DNA of 64,000 nt, from assembly GCA_001917135.1 (NCBI GenBank), contig MNTT01000015.1:7751-71750 (forward strand), written 5' to 3'. Origin of the DNA: Acetobacter sp. 46_36 (GTDB taxonomy: Bacteria; Pseudomonadota; Alphaproteobacteria; RF32; CAG-239). The position numbers were made by a program, and so were the translations under genes. The notes under the pieces are model-generated. The model had not been told where the DNA came from. It did not search any database and saw only the letters and a list, made by a program, of their open reading frames with translations. Position 1 is the stretch's first letter; the number at the start of each line of letters is the position of its first letter. Shown in pieces: positions 8,772-17,863 of this stretch.

Positions 8772-10172
8772 TTACTCCCTGCTGCTGCGTCCGAGATTAA
8801 CGTTAATCGGAACATACTTCTCGTCACGAGAAGCCCTTTCCAGCCCGGCCTGCTGCTCTTCAAGCATTTTCTGCTTGCGCTCTTCTATATTTTTCTTTTG
8901 CTCTTCATTATAAGCCTTGCGTTCTTCTTCCAGCCGTTCGGCATGAAATGCCTTAGCCTTTTCAAAAATAACTTCGTCTTTCTCCTCCGGTTTTTTGGCT
9001 ATAGTGTTTTTAATCTTCAAAAAAGCCTTGACCAGCTGATCCGTACTAATGCTGTTTTTAGTCAAATCAATCCAGCCCGTAAACCTCCCGTTACTCAGAA
9101 ACTCGGAAAAATCAATATAAAAACGCTTGGCTTTTTTACAGTTTTTCGGCGCCAGAATCTTTTTAAGCTCATCGGCATTCGGAACCCGTCCCAACGCCTG
9201 TGCAATCTGTTGCGGCGTAATAATACACTCACTCAAATCCAATTCCATGATATTAACCCCGGTAAAGTCAAGCCCGGTAAAGTCAACGCCTCTCAGGCTA
9301 ACCTGCCGCAGGTCAATTCGTTTCAAATCCAAAAGCGACAGATTAATTCGGCGCAAATTAAGCTTATGCGGATAATACACTGCCAGATATTCCACCAATG
9401 CCTGCAATTCTTCTATCGCCAGTTCGTCCATCCGGATATCGATTAAAATCGCATCCTCAATGTCCGCATCGCGCAAAATGACGCCTTCCATGTTGGCGCC
9501 GGTAAAATTGGTGCCTTTCAGCTTAGCGCCGGCAAAAATAGAGTCGCTTAAATCCGCCCCGGACAAATCAGCCCCGGATAAATCCGCCCCGGTAAAGTCT
9601 GTTCCGGTCAATACCGCATCTTTAAAATTGGCATCTTGCAAATTCGCTGCGGAAAAATCGGCATGCGCCAAATTTTGCCCTGAAAAATCCATCCCGACCA
9701 TATTTTGACCGACATGATATTCCCCGTCCGCCAAATTTTTGCGCCGCCCGTTCAAATCGTCATATTTGCTGATTTCATCGGCAATTGAGCGCCACGAATG
9801 GCTGAACTCATAAAGCTTGGCTTCAACCTCGCCTTCAACTGTAGAACCGGACAGAGCAGCCTCCAGCTCCTTTTCCATCATCTCCCGCGCCTGTCCGAGC
9901 TGCGCATAATATGCCCGGAGTTTTTCCATCCGCGGCGACGGTTTCTTTTCCTGCTTTACAGAAACATCCAAACCGACAGCACCGTTCTGAGAATCACGCT
10001 GTTTTTCAGCAGAACCGGCCGACAAACCCTCTCTGCCGGAAATTTCCGCCGTCCCGCTTCCGCTCATCTCTGGCAGCCTGTCATTTTCCGCAGAAAAACT
10101 GGCAACATTCCCCGGACGTATATCCGAAAACCCGGTTCCGCTGCCGGCGTCATTGTCCCCTGAATGGTCCAT
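8772..10172 (-). CDS. Pentapeptide-repeat protein with N-terminal coiled-coil region and C-terminal acidic/Gly-Ser-rich tail
   Basis: 466 aa. Central ADLSGADLSGADLSDSIFAGAKLKGTNFTGANMEGVILRDADIEDA is a textbook A(D/N)LxG pentapeptide array. SD AGGGAG lies before the ATG. Confidence 0.8.
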   Translation of the reverse strand: MDHSGDNDAGSGTGFSDIRPGNVASFSAENDRLPEMSGSGTAEISGREGLSAGSAEKQRDSQNGAVGLDVSVKQEKKPSPRMEKLRAYYAQLGQAREMMEKELEAALSGSTVEGEVEAKLYEFSHSWRSIADEISKYDDLNGRRKNLADGEYHVGQNMVGMDFSGQNLAHADFSAANLQDANFKDAVLTGTDFTGADLSGADLSGADLSDSIFAGAKLKGTNFTGANMEGVILRDADIEDAILIDIRMDELAIEELQALVEYLAVYYPHKLNLRRINLSLLDLKRIDLRQVSLRGVDFTGLDFTGVNIMELDLSECIITPQQIAQALGRVPNADELKKILAPKNCKKAKRFYIDFSEFLSNGRFTGWIDLTKNSISTDQLVKAFLKIKNTIAKKPEEKDEVIFEKAKAFHAERLEEERKAYNEEQKKNIEERKQKMLEEQQAGLERASRDEKYVPINVNLGRSSRE

Positions 10173-10265
10173 AAAGCACTACTCCCTTGTAACAACTGCC
10201 CTATCATACAATATTTTCCGGAAAAACTCAAGCCCAAATTCGCTATGCCGTTCGCTGTCCGGAAA

Positions 10266-11630
10266 TTACACCCCTGCCAGATATTCCGGCTTTTTTTTAT
10301 ACAAATACAGACAGAGCAGCGTTCCCGGAACCGCCAGAGCGGCGCTCGCCAGAAAAAACGCCGGCCAGGATGTCTGGTCCAGAACCCAGCCGGACGTAGA
10401 CGCAAACACATCCCGCGCAAACCCCGGCAGCGATGACAGCAGGGCATATTGCGTTGCCGTATATCCTTTATCGCACAAAACTGACATAAAGGCGATTATC
10501 GCCGTTGTTGCCATTCCCGAAGACAAATTTTCCAGTGAAATGGTAAGCATCAAAAGCCAGACATTGTGCCCCGCATAATAAAGCGGAATATAAAGTGCCG
10601 TCGTCAGCCCCTGCACAACGGCAAATATAAGCAGCCCCTTTAACAGCCCGATTCGAGCTAAAACGCAGCCGCCCAGCAACCCGCCGGCTATCGTCGCCCC
10701 CATGCCGTATAATTTGGAAATATATGCTATTTCAGCCTTGCTGAAACCAAGCTCGTCGTAAAAAGGATACGCCATCGGTGCAAAATACGCGTCGCTCAGC
10801 CGATAGCAAAAAACGACAAACAATGCAGCAACCCAATGCGGTCTCCGCATAAACCGGCAAAAAGGCTCTATCAGGGCATAACGCAAAATATCCCTGTTTT
10901 TCCTGCCGTCAGATGCGCCCCCGCAGTTTTTTTCCTTGCGCTCCTCCTTCGCTGCCGCATTTCCCCCGTTCTCCTCCCTGCTCTCACAGATTACTTCTTT
11001 GCAAACGCTTGTCTCCTCGTTTCTGTCCACTGGCTCCCTTGCCGTTAAAACCGCAGCAATTCCTGCCGCAAGCAAAAGTGCGTTGATAAAATAAACCTGA
11101 TTCCACGGCATAACCGCCGCCAGTCCGATGGCTCCCGCTCCGGAAACCACATTTCCCAGCCGATAGCCCAGAACATACATGGTAGCTCCGTTGATTTCCC
11201 CTTCCTGATTTGTCCGAAACAACTCCACCCGAAACGCATCAAGCACAATATCCTGCGTTGCCGAAAACAAACTGACGCAAAAAGCCGCGGCAGCCATTGC
11301 CAAAATGCTGTCCGCCGGGCTCAAAACCGACAGCCAAACTAAACTGAACAGCAGTCCCAACTGAGATAGCAGTGCCCAGCCCCGCCTTTTCCCCAGCCGG
11401 CAAAATAACGGCAGCCTGTAAGTTTCAACCAACGGTGCCCACAGCCATTTGAACGAATAAGGCAGACGCAGCAGCGAAAAAGCACCGATGGTGCGGTATG
11501 CGATACTATAATCTTTCAGCCACAGCGACAGCGTTCCGAATACCAGCGCCAACGGCAAACCGCTTGAAAAGCCGAAAGCTACGGTTATCAGCATTTTCCG
11601 GGAAAAATATGCCGTTGCTTTACTCGTCAT
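10266..11630 (-). CDS. ampG: AmpG-family MFS permease (muropeptide transporter-like)
   Basis: 454 aa, 12+ TM. Blocks GFSSGLPLAL, FKWLWAPLVE, GKRRGWALLSQ, SATQDIVLDAF and VLGYRLGNVVSGAGA match AmpG-family signatures. A hydrophilic insert (ENGGNAAAKEERKEKNCGG) sits in the central loop. Confidence 0.8.
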   Translation of the reverse strand: MTSKATAYFSRKMLITVAFGFSSGLPLALVFGTLSLWLKDYSIAYRTIGAFSLLRLPYSFKWLWAPLVETYRLPLFCRLGKRRGWALLSQLGLLFSLVWLSVLSPADSILAMAAAAFCVSLFSATQDIVLDAFRVELFRTNQEGEINGATMYVLGYRLGNVVSGAGAIGLAAVMPWNQVYFINALLLAAGIAAVLTAREPVDRNEETSVCKEVICESREENGGNAAAKEERKEKNCGGASDGRKNRDILRYALIEPFCRFMRRPHWVAALFVVFCYRLSDAYFAPMAYPFYDELGFSKAEIAYISKLYGMGATIAGGLLGGCVLARIGLLKGLLIFAVVQGLTTALYIPLYYAGHNVWLLMLTISLENLSSGMATTAIIAFMSVLCDKGYTATQYALLSSLPGFARDVFASTSGWVLDQTSWPAFFLASAALAVPGTLLCLYLYKKKPEYLAGV

Positions 11631-12591
11631 CGTCTAAATTAACCTTTTTCTCTACAATATACAACGGCCGGCGTTTAACCTCAATAAAAATACGGCCGAT
11701 ATATTCCCCGAGAATGCCGAGAATAATCATCTGCACGCCGCCCACCAGCAAAATAAATACCAGCAGCGAAGCATATCCCGGAACGTCAGCACCGTACATA
11801 ATCGTCCTGGCTATAATGTAAAGGGCATACAGCAGTCCCAAAAAAGACAGCATCGATCCAAGATACGTCCAGATTCTGAGCGGCAGCGTCGTCGATGCGG
11901 TAATGCCGTCCAAGGCAAAATTCCATAACCGCCAGTAATTCCATTTGCTGACGCCGGCCTGCCTCTTTTGCCGGACATATTTGATACCGCAGGACTTAAA
12001 CCCTGTCCAGCCGAAAATGCCTTTCATAAAAATATTGCGCTCTTTCAATTCCAATATTGCATCAATGATTTTACGGTCAATCAGCCGGTAATCCCCGGCA
12101 TTATACGGAATAGGCGATCTCGTCATCAGATTATACGCCTTATAAAAAAGTTTGGCCGTCCAACGCTTAAGCCACGAGTCGCTGCGCCGGTCGTTACGGA
12201 TTCCGTAGACCATGTCATATCCTTCTTCCCACTTTTGGATAAACTGGAGAATTAATTCCGGCGGATCCTGCAAATCAACGTCAATCGGTACGGCCGCACG
12301 CCCGCGGCAATGTTTAAGCCCGGCCATCAATCCGTATTCCTTGCCGAAATTGCGGGAAAACTTAAGCACTTTTACCCGGAAATCCTCAGTGGCATACTGT
12401 TCCAGCAGATTATAGGTTCCGTCTGTCGAACCGTCGTCAATACAAATGATTTCATAAGTATATCCGTCCGCCCGTTCCATCGTTTTGCGGATTGTTTCAA
12501 AAAACAGCCCCAGACTTTCCTCTTCATTATAAACGGAAACGATAATCGAAATATCCGGATGCCCCGCTGCTGCCGTTATGACTTTGTTCAT
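11620..12591 (-). CDS. GT2 polyprenyl-phosphate hexosyltransferase (GtrB/ArnC/DPM1-like)
   Basis: 323 aa. IVSVYNEEE, CIDDGSTDGT and DVDLQDPPE (DxD) motifs, plus two C-terminal TM helices typical of GtrB/ArnC. Its 3' end overlaps the ampG start by 11 bp. Confidence 0.85.
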   Translation of the reverse strand: MNKVITAAAGHPDISIIVSVYNEEESLGLFFETIRKTMERADGYTYEIICIDDGSTDGTYNLLEQYATEDFRVKVLKFSRNFGKEYGLMAGLKHCRGRAAVPIDVDLQDPPELILQFIQKWEEGYDMVYGIRNDRRSDSWLKRWTAKLFYKAYNLMTRSPIPYNAGDYRLIDRKIIDAILELKERNIFMKGIFGWTGFKSCGIKYVRQKRQAGVSKWNYWRLWNFALDGITASTTLPLRIWTYLGSMLSFLGLLYALYIIARTIMYGADVPGYASLLVFILLVGGVQMIILGILGEYIGRIFIEVKRRPLYIVEKKVNLDDDE

Positions 12592-12769
12592 GTTTTCCTC
12601 TCTTTGGCCAAACGCTGTTTCCTGCCATTTTATCGGCCGCTGCTTTTCGGCCGTTTTTAAAAGAATTTACCTTTTTTAAGATAATACGCAATTTATTTGC
12701 CCTTTATTAACAGATTTAAAGTTAAGCTCTCCTTAAGAAACGAAATGATTTTTTAGGGAACTGCAACTT

Positions 12770-14341
12770 ATGTCTTTTATCAAATCCATTGCCACCTTTG
12801 GCGGCTTTACGATGGTCAGCCGCGTAACCGGCTTTCTGCGCGATATGGTTATAGCCAATTTTCTCGGTGCCGGAAATGTTTCCGACGCCTTTCTGGTATC
12901 GTTCAAACTGCCGAATTTGTTCCGCAGCCTTTTCGCCGAAGGAGCCTTTACCTCAGCGTTCGTCCCGTTGTTTTCTTCCAAGCTGGTTGCCTCCGGACGC
13001 GACAAGTCGGTAGAATTTGCCGCCAAGGCCATATCTTTGTTGACATTTTTCCTCATCGTTTTCACCATTTTGTTTGAACTGTGCATGCCGCTGGTTGTCA
13101 GGGTTCTCGCCCCCGGTTTTATGGAAAGCCCCGAAAAAGTTGCCCTGACCGTCGACTTATGCCGCATAACGTTTCCTTTTTTGCTTTTTATTTCAATCGT
13201 TTCTTTTCAGGCAGGAATTCTGAACTCGTTTGACCGCTTCGCTGCTCCCGCCGCCGCACCGATAATTCTTAATCTCGGCATGATTGTTGCCGGGCTGGCC
13301 TCCGTCATCCTATTTGATATGCCGGTATACGGCATGGCTTGGGGTATTACCGTTTCCGGTTTCATCGAAGTCATCTGGCTCAAATATTTTCTTAACCGCG
13401 AAAGCATCCGTATCCGTCCGGATGTTCACATCCGTACGCTGATGCAGGATAAAGAAATACGCACCCTGTTCAAACGCATTGCCCCCGGAGTCGTCGGCGC
13501 CGGCATTTACCAGATTAATATGGTTGTAGACACGATACTTGTTTCGCTCGTTTCCGGCGGTGCCGTATCCTGGCTGTATTACGCCAACCGGCTACAGCAG
13601 CTGCCGCTGGGCGTCATCGGCGCGGCAATCAGCGTCGCCCTGCTGCCGCTGCTCTCACGCAAACTGAAAGCCGGAGAAATCCGGGAAGCCGCCGCCGTAC
13701 AGGATAAAGCCGTCATATACGGGCTGATGATGTCTCTGCCTGCCGCTGTGCTATTTGTCTGTCTCGCCGATTCGCTGATTGAACTTCTGTTTGAACATGG
13801 GCGTTTCACCGCTTCCGACACATACAAAACCGCGTTGGCACTAAAAGCTTATGCCGTCGGACTGCCCTGTTACGTTATGGTCAAAGCGCTGATGCCGAAT
13901 TTCTTCGCACGCGGCGACACGACAACACCGGTAAAATACAGTTTCGTCGTCTTCCTGACCAACCTTGCACTCAACTTGCTTCTGATGAAACCGTTCGGTC
14001 ATGTCGGCATTGCCGCCGCGACTTCTGCCGCGGCATTCGTTTCGCTTTACCAATATGTCCGCGGCCTGAAAAAACGCGGTTTCTGGAGCTTTTCCGCCGA
14101 ATTAAAACGCAAAATATTTGACATTTTCCTTTGCACTTTCGTTATGGGCGTTCTCGTCTACGGAACACAGGCCGCGCTAAACCGCTGTTTTCCGACACCC
14201 CACATCGGAATTTTAATCCTCAAACTGGCAGCTATCGGCACAATAGGGCTTGCAACTTTTTTGATTGGCGCTAAAATAAGAGGCATACTGGATATTACCG
14301 CAATCGCCAAGAATCTGGTTTTAAGGAGAAAAAAAGCATGA
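12770..14341 (+). CDS. murJ: Lipid II flippase MurJ (MviN)
   Basis: 523 aa, 14 TM. N-terminus MSFIKSIATFGGFTMVSRVTGFLRDMVIANFLGAG... is the conserved MurJ start. The GDTTTPVKYS motif is present. Confidence 0.9.
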   Translation: MSFIKSIATFGGFTMVSRVTGFLRDMVIANFLGAGNVSDAFLVSFKLPNLFRSLFAEGAFTSAFVPLFSSKLVASGRDKSVEFAAKAISLLTFFLIVFTILFELCMPLVVRVLAPGFMESPEKVALTVDLCRITFPFLLFISIVSFQAGILNSFDRFAAPAAAPIILNLGMIVAGLASVILFDMPVYGMAWGITVSGFIEVIWLKYFLNRESIRIRPDVHIRTLMQDKEIRTLFKRIAPGVVGAGIYQINMVVDTILVSLVSGGAVSWLYYANRLQQLPLGVIGAAISVALLPLLSRKLKAGEIREAAAVQDKAVIYGLMMSLPAAVLFVCLADSLIELLFEHGRFTASDTYKTALALKAYAVGLPCYVMVKALMPNFFARGDTTTPVKYSFVVFLTNLALNLLLMKPFGHVGIAAATSAAAFVSLYQYVRGLKKRGFWSFSAELKRKIFDIFLCTFVMGVLVYGTQAALNRCFPTPHIGILILKLAAIGTIGLATFLIGAKIRGILDITAIAKNLVLRRKKA

Positions 14342-15414
14342 TGCAAGCCATTCTGACCAAGCTCAAAATAACGGCCAAACGCCTGCTTGGCAAATGCGTA
14401 TACGCGTATGTTTATCTGAAAAACAGTATCTTGGAATTGCGCAGCACGCCAAACGCCGCCATACCGCCCTCCCGCAAAAAACATAAAAACAGCCTTTTTA
14501 ACTTTATCGTCCTGTTTGTCGAACGCTGGCGTTTCTTTACCATCGCCCTGTTCGGTTTCATTGCCGTCTACTATGGCCTGGGCGCCGCCGTCAGTTCTAA
14601 AATCAATAACGCGCTTGACGCGCCGCTGGCCATAAATGCATCTTCTCCCCGCTACACGGCGGCTGCGTTGCTCCACGTTTTAAAAACGCAGGTGGACGAT
14701 TCCCCGTGGACCCCGGCACTTCCGGCCGTTTTTCCGGCAGCCGTCCTTGACAACCTGCCCAATTTTCAGCTTGGAGCCAAAGACAGCGTCAGATATTTCG
14801 TAAAGAGAATGGCTCGTTTTTATGGTGACAAAAATCTGAAAGAAGCAGGAGAGCTGTTAGACTATCCGGCCGACATCTGGCTGTTTTCTCAAACCGGAGA
14901 AGACAGGCTTGCTCCCGGTTCTGCCAAACAATATCGCAAAGCTCTGGCCAAAATTTCAGATTTCGCCGCATCGGGAGACAATCTTCCCGCAATCGAAACC
15001 CGGGAAGCCGCATATATGCTCTCCGGCATTGAAAACCTGTTGGAAAGACAGCTTTCCGCCCTGCATAAACATGTCCTGGAGCATAATTCGGAATTGCTGG
15101 ACTTTAAGGCCGATGACATATTTTACCGCACAAAAGGCTGCATCTATGCTGTTTATTATATGCTTTCAGCCCTCTCCAAAGACCATCAGGATTTGATTGT
15201 CGAAACCGGACAGTACGAAAATATTACCGCCGCCCTCAGTTTTCTGGGCGAAGCGTCCGCCCTCAGCCCGGCATCGGTAAAAAATGCCGCGCCCGGGGAA
15301 GTCTTCGCCGCAAACCACCTGCTGTACCTCGGGTACTACCTTGCCCGAGCCCAAAATTACATTAAAACCGTACACAACAGCATCAACACATATGCCCGGA
15401 ACCAAATGCAATGA
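14338..15414 (+). CDS. Hypothetical protein with single N-terminal TM anchor, translationally coupled to murJ
   Basis: 358 aa. ATGA overlap with the murJ stop. Hydrophobic segment FFTIALFGFIAVYYGLGAAV. No motif I can name confidently. Confidence 0.55.
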   Translation: MMQAILTKLKITAKRLLGKCVYAYVYLKNSILELRSTPNAAIPPSRKKHKNSLFNFIVLFVERWRFFTIALFGFIAVYYGLGAAVSSKINNALDAPLAINASSPRYTAAALLHVLKTQVDDSPWTPALPAVFPAAVLDNLPNFQLGAKDSVRYFVKRMARFYGDKNLKEAGELLDYPADIWLFSQTGEDRLAPGSAKQYRKALAKISDFAASGDNLPAIETREAAYMLSGIENLLERQLSALHKHVLEHNSELLDFKADDIFYRTKGCIYAVYYMLSALSKDHQDLIVETGQYENITAALSFLGEASALSPASVKNAAPGEVFAANHLLYLGYYLARAQNYIKTVHNSINTYARNQMQ

Positions 15415-16067
15415 CCATAGAGCAAAAAAAACTTTCGGATACGGAATTCCTTTTGTTTTTTTCCCGTCCGTTTCCTTTTCGCGGAACATTTTATCTGACA
15501 CCTGAAACCGCATCTGTTTCATCGGACGCAAATACCGTCGCGCCGAAAATGAACGCCCAGCCTGCTCCGGATGCGGAACATTGCAGCTGCAGCCTGCCGC
15601 TGTCCGGCACAGCCCCTGCCGCCGCATCAAACAGCAATTTAGCTATGCAATCAGATAATACCCCGATATTCCTCACCGAATTAGCAACTTCCGGCTTTGC
15701 CTCCGAATTGCTTTTAACCGAAAGCTTTATGTATTTGCGCAGCACTGAACCCGGCACAGCGGAAGACCTAGAAACACTGGCGCTTGCCGAAATCGACGAC
15801 TATGCGCCGCTGGCAGATGCAGTAATAACCGCTAAGGAAGATTACACTGAAACTAAAATAAAAATAATCCTGAAAACGATTATCGCCCCTTTTCTGCAAA
15901 AAGACGGCGGAGACATCGAGTTCTGGTCATTTGACAACGGAACCGCCGTCGTTCGCTTTCTCGGCAAATGTCAGGGCTGCCCCTATGCCCAGAGGACCTT
16001 AAAAGAGCGGGTTGAAAAAAATCTCATCCGCTGGCTGCCGCAGGTCAGAGAGGTCGTTTTACAATGA
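15411..16067 (+). CDS. NifU/Nfu-like Fe-S cluster protein (C-terminal Nfu domain) with low-complexity N-terminal half
   Basis: C-terminal GGDIEFWSFDNGTAVVRFLGKCQGCPYAQRTLKERVEKNLIRWLPQVREV has the CxxC Nfu motif. ATGA overlap with the upstream gene. Confidence 0.65.
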   Translation: MTIEQKKLSDTEFLLFFSRPFPFRGTFYLTPETASVSSDANTVAPKMNAQPAPDAEHCSCSLPLSGTAPAAASNSNLAMQSDNTPIFLTELATSGFASELLLTESFMYLRSTEPGTAEDLETLALAEIDDYAPLADAVITAKEDYTETKIKIILKTIIAPFLQKDGGDIEFWSFDNGTAVVRFLGKCQGCPYAQRTLKERVEKNLIRWLPQVREVVLQ

Positions 16068-17155
16068 AAAAACAGATTCTAAAAACATTCTGGATTTTGT
16101 CTTTTTTACTTTGCAGTACCTCTTTTGCTGAAAATGCCGTCCAAACCGCCACAACAGCAAAAGCCCAGATTGCAACCATTCAAACTACAGCAGCAGAAAA
16201 AAAACAAACTGCCGCAACTCAAACCGTTGCATCGGCAAAAGCTGAAACCGCTGCTGTTTCCCCCCATGCATCGGCGACAGCCCAAACCGCCGCCGCTCCA
16301 ACCGTACGCAGCCGAGAACCGCAAATGAAGACCTCCGAATTCGGCGGCATAATTTACGTTGAAAACGCCACCGTCCAAGAACTCGAAGATTTTTTTAAAA
16401 TACACAAATATCAGAGGTTTCGCGCTTTGGACGGCGATGCGTATCCCGCCATTTTCGTCCGAACGCTGCCGCGGGATTTTCCGCAGATTAAATCTCAGAA
16501 ATACCGCAACGAACTGTTTATCCGGATTCTTGCCCCGCTGGCTTTAAAAATCAATGAAGAAATATTAAATGAACGAAATACCGTATTGCGATTGGAGCGA
16601 CACTTCAAAAGCAGCGGTTCTCTTTCTCCTGCCGATACCCGGAAGTTGGAAAACCTAGCCTTGAAATATGACTATTTTACCCGCTTGAAAGGCAGCGAAC
16701 GCACTGCTGCCCAGCTGCAAAATCTCAAATTGCGCATTGACGCCGTACCACCCTCAATTCTGATTGCCGCTGCTGCCATGGAAAGCAACTGGGGCTTTTC
16801 CCGTGTAGCTCGCGAGGCCAACTCTTTGTACAAGGAAAAAGTCTGGTACACCGGAGAGGGCTTGGAACCTGCTGAAAATAAAGATGACGGTTATCGTTTC
16901 CGCATTTTCGACAGCCTGTTGGAAAGTATGCGGAGTTTTGCTCTGACCTTTAATTCCAACATCAATTACGAACACGTATGGAAAGCACGTGAAGGCTATG
17001 CCGACCGCCACGGTGTCGTTATCGGCGAAAGCATTGCCTACGCCCTGTCTAATGCATCCAATCTGCCAAACTTTGCCGGCATCCTTGATTACACCACTGC
17101 CTATTATGACTTGCTCGCTATCGACATCGGACATCTGGAAAGGATAAAAAAATGA
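16064..17155 (+). CDS. Bax/FlgJ-like glucosaminidase-domain protein with Ala/Thr/Gln-rich N-terminal region
   Basis: Signal peptide, then low-complexity TATTAKAQIATIQTTAAEKKQTAATQT.... The C-terminal domain with LIAAAAMESNWGFSRVAREANSLY matches the mannosyl-glycoprotein endo-beta-N-acetylglucosaminidase/Bax (COG2992) signature. ATGA overlap upstream. Confidence 0.65.
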   Translation: MKKQILKTFWILSFLLCSTSFAENAVQTATTAKAQIATIQTTAAEKKQTAATQTVASAKAETAAVSPHASATAQTAAAPTVRSREPQMKTSEFGGIIYVENATVQELEDFFKIHKYQRFRALDGDAYPAIFVRTLPRDFPQIKSQKYRNELFIRILAPLALKINEEILNERNTVLRLERHFKSSGSLSPADTRKLENLALKYDYFTRLKGSERTAAQLQNLKLRIDAVPPSILIAAAAMESNWGFSRVAREANSLYKEKVWYTGEGLEPAENKDDGYRFRIFDSLLESMRSFALTFNSNINYEHVWKAREGYADRHGVVIGESIAYALSNASNLPNFAGILDYTTAYYDLLAIDIGHLERIKK

Positions 17156-17853
17156 AGTACGAAGTTACGCCTGTCTTGTGCAACGAAAAAAATATGGCCA
17201 ACTACGCATACATCGTCCACACACCCAACAGGGAAACAACCATTGTCGTCGACGCCGCAGAAGCCAATCCGACAATTGCCGCGTTAGAAAGATTAAAATT
17301 GCACCCCTCATTTATCCTGACGACCCATCACCACTTTGACCATGTTGAAGGCAACCTGAAACTCAAGGAAAAATACGGAGCCCGAATAGTGGCACCCGAA
17401 AAAGAATTTGCCAAAGTCCCCGGTGCGGACATTCCTGCTGCCGAAAACACCCCGCTGCTTCTGAATAACATGAAGTTTACCGTCATAAACGCGCCGGGAC
17501 ACACACTGGGGCATGTCTTGTATTACCTTCCTGACGGGAAAATGCTTTTTACCGGAGACGTTTTGTTTAATCTTTGCATCGGCGGCCTGTTTGAAGGTAC
17601 GCCGCAGCAAATGTTCGCCACCCTGCAAAAAATAAAAGCTCTGCCGGATGATACGGAAATTTTCCCCGGACACGAATATACGCGCGCATGCCTTTCCCCT
17701 CGCTTCAAGGAAACTCCAGATTTTGCCGCATACCTGCAAAAAATGGTTCAACGGGAACACGGAGAGAAGGCACCCGCCACCCTTGCCGAAGAAAAAAAGT
17801 TTAATCCCTATCTTCAGGCTGCAACTTTAGCCGGATTTATGGGCATGGAATAG
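17152..17853 (+). CDS. gloB: Hydroxyacylglutathione hydrolase (glyoxalase II)
   Basis: 233 aa. Metallo-beta-lactamase motif THHHFDHVEGN, plus GHTLGHV and the C-terminal HGEK...FNPYL glyoxalase II region. ATGA overlap with the upstream gene. Confidence 0.85.
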   Translation: MKYEVTPVLCNEKNMANYAYIVHTPNRETTIVVDAAEANPTIAALERLKLHPSFILTTHHHFDHVEGNLKLKEKYGARIVAPEKEFAKVPGADIPAAENTPLLLNNMKFTVINAPGHTLGHVLYYLPDGKMLFTGDVLFNLCIGGLFEGTPQQMFATLQKIKALPDDTEIFPGHEYTRACLSPRFKETPDFAAYLQKMVQREHGEKAPATLAEEKKFNPYLQAATLAGFMGME

Positions 17854-17863
17854 GAGTTGCGTT

